Origin: a virus
Taxonomy: Duplodnaviria; Heunggongvirae; Uroviricota; Caudoviricetes
DNA: 9,266 nt
Direction: 5' to 3' (one strand)
IMG/VR virus record: IMGVR_UViG_2698536677_000012
Positions 7,508-9,266 of the stretch are shown here, one piece after another. The translations under genes and the position numbers were made by a program. Under the pieces are notes generated by a model. That model made no database searches, was not told the origin of the DNA, and saw nothing but the letters and a program-made list of their open reading frames with translations. Position 1 is the stretch's first letter. Each line of letters begins with the position of its first letter.

Positions 7508-7855
7508 ATGGTGACGAAAACCATCACTGAACAGCGTGCGGAAGTACGTATTTTTGCTGGTAGTGATCCGGCTCATACCGCCACAGGCAGCAGCGGGATT
7601 TCTTCTGCAACACCGGCTCTGACGCCCCTGATGCTGGATGAAGCCACCGGGAAACTGGTGGTCTGGGATGGACAGAAAGCCGGTAGTGCGGTTGGCATAC
7701 TGGTACTGCCGCTTGAAGGCACAGAGACGGTGCTGACCTATTACAAGTCGGGGACCTTTGCGACGGAGGCAATCCGCTGGCCTGACAGTGTGGATGAACA
7801 CAAAAAGGCAAATGCCTTTGCCGGCACAGCCCTGAGTCACGCGGCTCTGCCATAA
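7508..7855 (+). CDS. D: Head decoration protein (lambda gpD homolog), 115 aa
   Basis: [49 protein letters not shown] and AFAGTA match lambda gpD (110 aa) motifs [37 protein letters not shown] and FYKSGTF. SD gagg at 7494..7497. Confidence 0.92.
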   Translation: [115 protein letters not shown]

Positions 7856-7862
7856 CACGTTA

Positions 7863-7884
7863 TCAGGCCACCATGGTGGCCTGA
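7863..7884. repeat. Perfect 22-bp palindrome tcaggccaccatggtggcctga in the D-E intergenic region (potential RNA hairpin or dimeric protein site)
   Basis: The sequence equals its own reverse complement. It lies 8 nt after the D stop and 28 nt before the E start, with no downstream T-run. Confidence 0.6.
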
Positions 7885-7912
7885 CTGATTTCTGAATGAA
7901 AGGAACTGATTT

Positions 7913-8941
7913 ATGGGATTGTTTACGACCCGCCAGTTACTCGGTTATACCGAACAAAAAGTGAAATTCCGTGCGCTGTTTCTGGAGCTGTTTTTCCGCC
8001 GGACGGTGAATTTCCATACCGAAGAAGTGATGCTGGACAAAATTACCGGAAAAACGCCGGTGGCGGCCTATGTCTCCCCGATCGTTGAAGGAAAAGTGCT
8101 GCGCCATCGTGGTGGTGAAACCCGCGTGTTGCGTCCGGGCTACGTCAAGCCGAAACACGAATTTAATTACCAGCAGGCGGTTGAGCGCCTTCCCGGTGAA
8201 GATCCGGCTCAGCTGAACGACCCGGCCTACCGTCGTCTGCGTATCATCACTGATAACCTCAAACAGGAAGAGCACGCTATTGTGCAGGTGGAAGAAATGC
8301 AGGCGGTGAATGCCGTGCTGTATGGCAAATATACGATGGAAGGAGACCAGTTCGAGAAAATTGAAGTCGATTTTGGCCGATCGACGAAGAATAACATCAT
8401 ACAAGGTAGCGGTAAGGAGTGGTCAAAACAGGATCGTGACACGTTCGACCCGACATATGATATCGACCTTTTCTGTGATCAGGCCAGTGGTCTTGTGAAT
8501 ATTGCCATTATGGACGGTACCGTCTGGCGTCTGCTGAATGGCTTTAAGCTTTTCCGCGAAAAAATGGATACCCGTCGCGGTTCAAATTCACAACTCGAAA
8601 CGGCAGTGAAAGATCTGGGCGCAGTGGTATCCTTCAAGGGGTATTACGGCGATCTGGCCATTGTGGTAGCGAAAACGTCTTATGTGGCAGAGGACGGTAC
8701 CGAAAAACGTTATCTGCCGGAGGGCACGCTGGTGCTGGGGAATACGGCAGCAGAGGGGATTCGTTGCTATGGAGCCATTAAGGATGCACAGGCGTTGTCT
8801 GAAGGAGTGGTGGCTTCTTCCCGTTACCCGAAACACTGGCTGACCGTGGGCGATCCGTCCTGTGAATTCACCATGACGCAGTCCGCGCCGCTGATGGTGC
8901 TGCCGGATCCGGATGAGTTTGTGGTGGTACAGGTGAAATAA
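7913..8941 (+). CDS. E: Major capsid protein (lambda gpE homolog), 342 aa
   Basis: Collinear with lambda gpE (341 aa): TTRQLL, EQKVKF, LFLELFFR, YVSPIV, PGYVKPKHE, DPAYRRLRII, VEEMQAV, GKYTM, TRRGSNSQLETAVKDLG, GDLAIVV, LVLGNT, YPKHW and EFTMTQSAPLMVLPDPDEFV. SD aagga at 7900..7904. Confidence 0.95.
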   Translation: MGLFTTRQLLGYTEQKVKFRALFLELFFRRTVNFHTEEVMLDKITGKTPVAAYVSPIVEGKVLRHRGGETRVLRPGYVKPKHEFNYQQAVERLPGEDPAQLNDPAYRRLRIITDNLKQEEHAIVQVEEMQAVNAVLYGKYTMEGDQFEKIEVDFGRSTKNNIIQGSGKEWSKQDRDTFDPTYDIDLFCDQASGLVNIAIMDGTVWRLLNGFKLFREKMDTRRGSNSQLETAVKDLGAVVSFKGYYGDLAIVVAKTSYVAEDGTEKRYLPEGTLVLGNTAAEGIRCYGAIKDAQALSEGVVASSRYPKHWLTVGDPSCEFTMTQSAPLMVLPDPDEFVVVQVK

Positions 8942-8949
8942 TCCGTGAG

Positions 8950-8977
8950 CGGGGGCGAAATGCCCCCGTGTTTTTTT
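8950..8977 (+). terminator. Rho-independent terminator-like hairpin after E
   Basis: A 7-bp G+C stem cgggggc / gcccccg (8950..8956 and 8962..8968) with loop gaaat, followed by tg and a run of seven T (8971..8977), 9 nt after the E stop. Confidence 0.7.
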
Positions 8978-8992
8978 CACAGGGAGCTGGAT

Positions 8993-9266
8993 ATGGCAAC
9001 AAAAGAAGAAAATCAGAAACGTCTTCGTGAACTGGCTGGTCTGCTGGGGCGCGAGGCGGATATGTCGGGGAGTGCTGCGGATATCGCACAGCGTGTGGCA
9101 GAGTGGGAAGAGGAGGTTTGCGCCTCGGAAAATGAAATCGCAGATGTTGATGATACCGTTCATGAGCAGGCATGCAGGCACACCGGTGAGGATGACGTTG
9201 GTATTCTGGAACGTATCAGGCTTCTGAAGTGTTTTTACCTGTGCGGTGTTGACGATGAAACAGGTG
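8993..9266 (+). CDS. FI: DNA-packaging protein FI homolog (lambda gpFI), 5' partial, running off the window end
   Basis: ATG at 8993 with SD agggag (8981..8986). The open frame continues to the window end (91 codons: MATKEENQKRLRELAGLLGREADMSGSAADIAQRVAEWEEE...). It occupies the lambda FI position right after E, and the acidic N-terminal pattern resembles lambda gpFI. It is absent from the ORF track because it has no stop in the window. Confidence 0.6.
   Translation, partial: MATKEENQKRLRELAGLLGREADMSGSAADIAQRVAEWEEEVCASENEIADVDDTVHEQACRHTGEDDVGILERIRLLKCFYLCGVDDETG

Larger units (their letters stand above)
1..9266 (+). mobile_element. Segment of a lambda-like (cos-type lambdoid) phage/prophage: genome right end, cos, and left-arm packaging/head genes Nu1-A-W-B-C/Nu3-D-E-FI
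   Basis: Gene order, sizes and overlaps match the phage lambda left arm, and the translated ORFs are recognisably similar to lambda gpNu1, gpA, gpW, gpB, gpC/Nu3, gpD, gpE and gpFI (judged from memory, no search run). A lambda-type cosN lies just upstream of Nu1. Because cos is internal to the window, the virion right end (1..611) is joined to the left end, so this is a prophage, circular or concatemeric form. Confidence 0.9.

Noticed and set aside
1-9266. A novel defence or accessory system such as a toxin-antitoxin pair, restriction-modification, abortive infection or another moron cargo
   Set aside because: All substantial coding capacity is accounted for by conserved lambda-like packaging and head genes in canonical order, with no inserted ORFs between them. 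The only non-structural gene is the single small RHH ORF, which has no partner in the window.

Overview
This window is the cos site plus the DNA-packaging and head-morphogenesis module of a lambda-like (cos-type lambdoid) phage or prophage, probably from an enterobacterial host. I found no novel defence or accessory system; every large + strand ORF is collinear with the phage lambda left arm. Gene order is: small minus-strand ribbon-helix-helix gene, cosQ/cosN/cosB, Nu1, A, W, B, C with nested Nu3, D, E, an intrinsic terminator, and the 5' part of FI. Homology calls rest on my recollection of lambda protein sequences, since no search could be run. The main anomaly is a 1039-bp tandem direct repeat (4456..5493 and 5495..6532) joined at a single N, which creates an in-frame chimeric ORF (5018..6067) of protease C N-terminus fused to portal C-terminus. 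The two copies differ only at 8 clustered SNPs. A 13-N gap (6986..6998) also breaks the C/Nu3 frame. I read both as most likely assembly artefacts, possibly from several related prophages in one genome. Smaller observations include a candidate cosB layout, an internal repeat in the Nu3 scaffold, and a perfect 22-bp palindrome between D and E.
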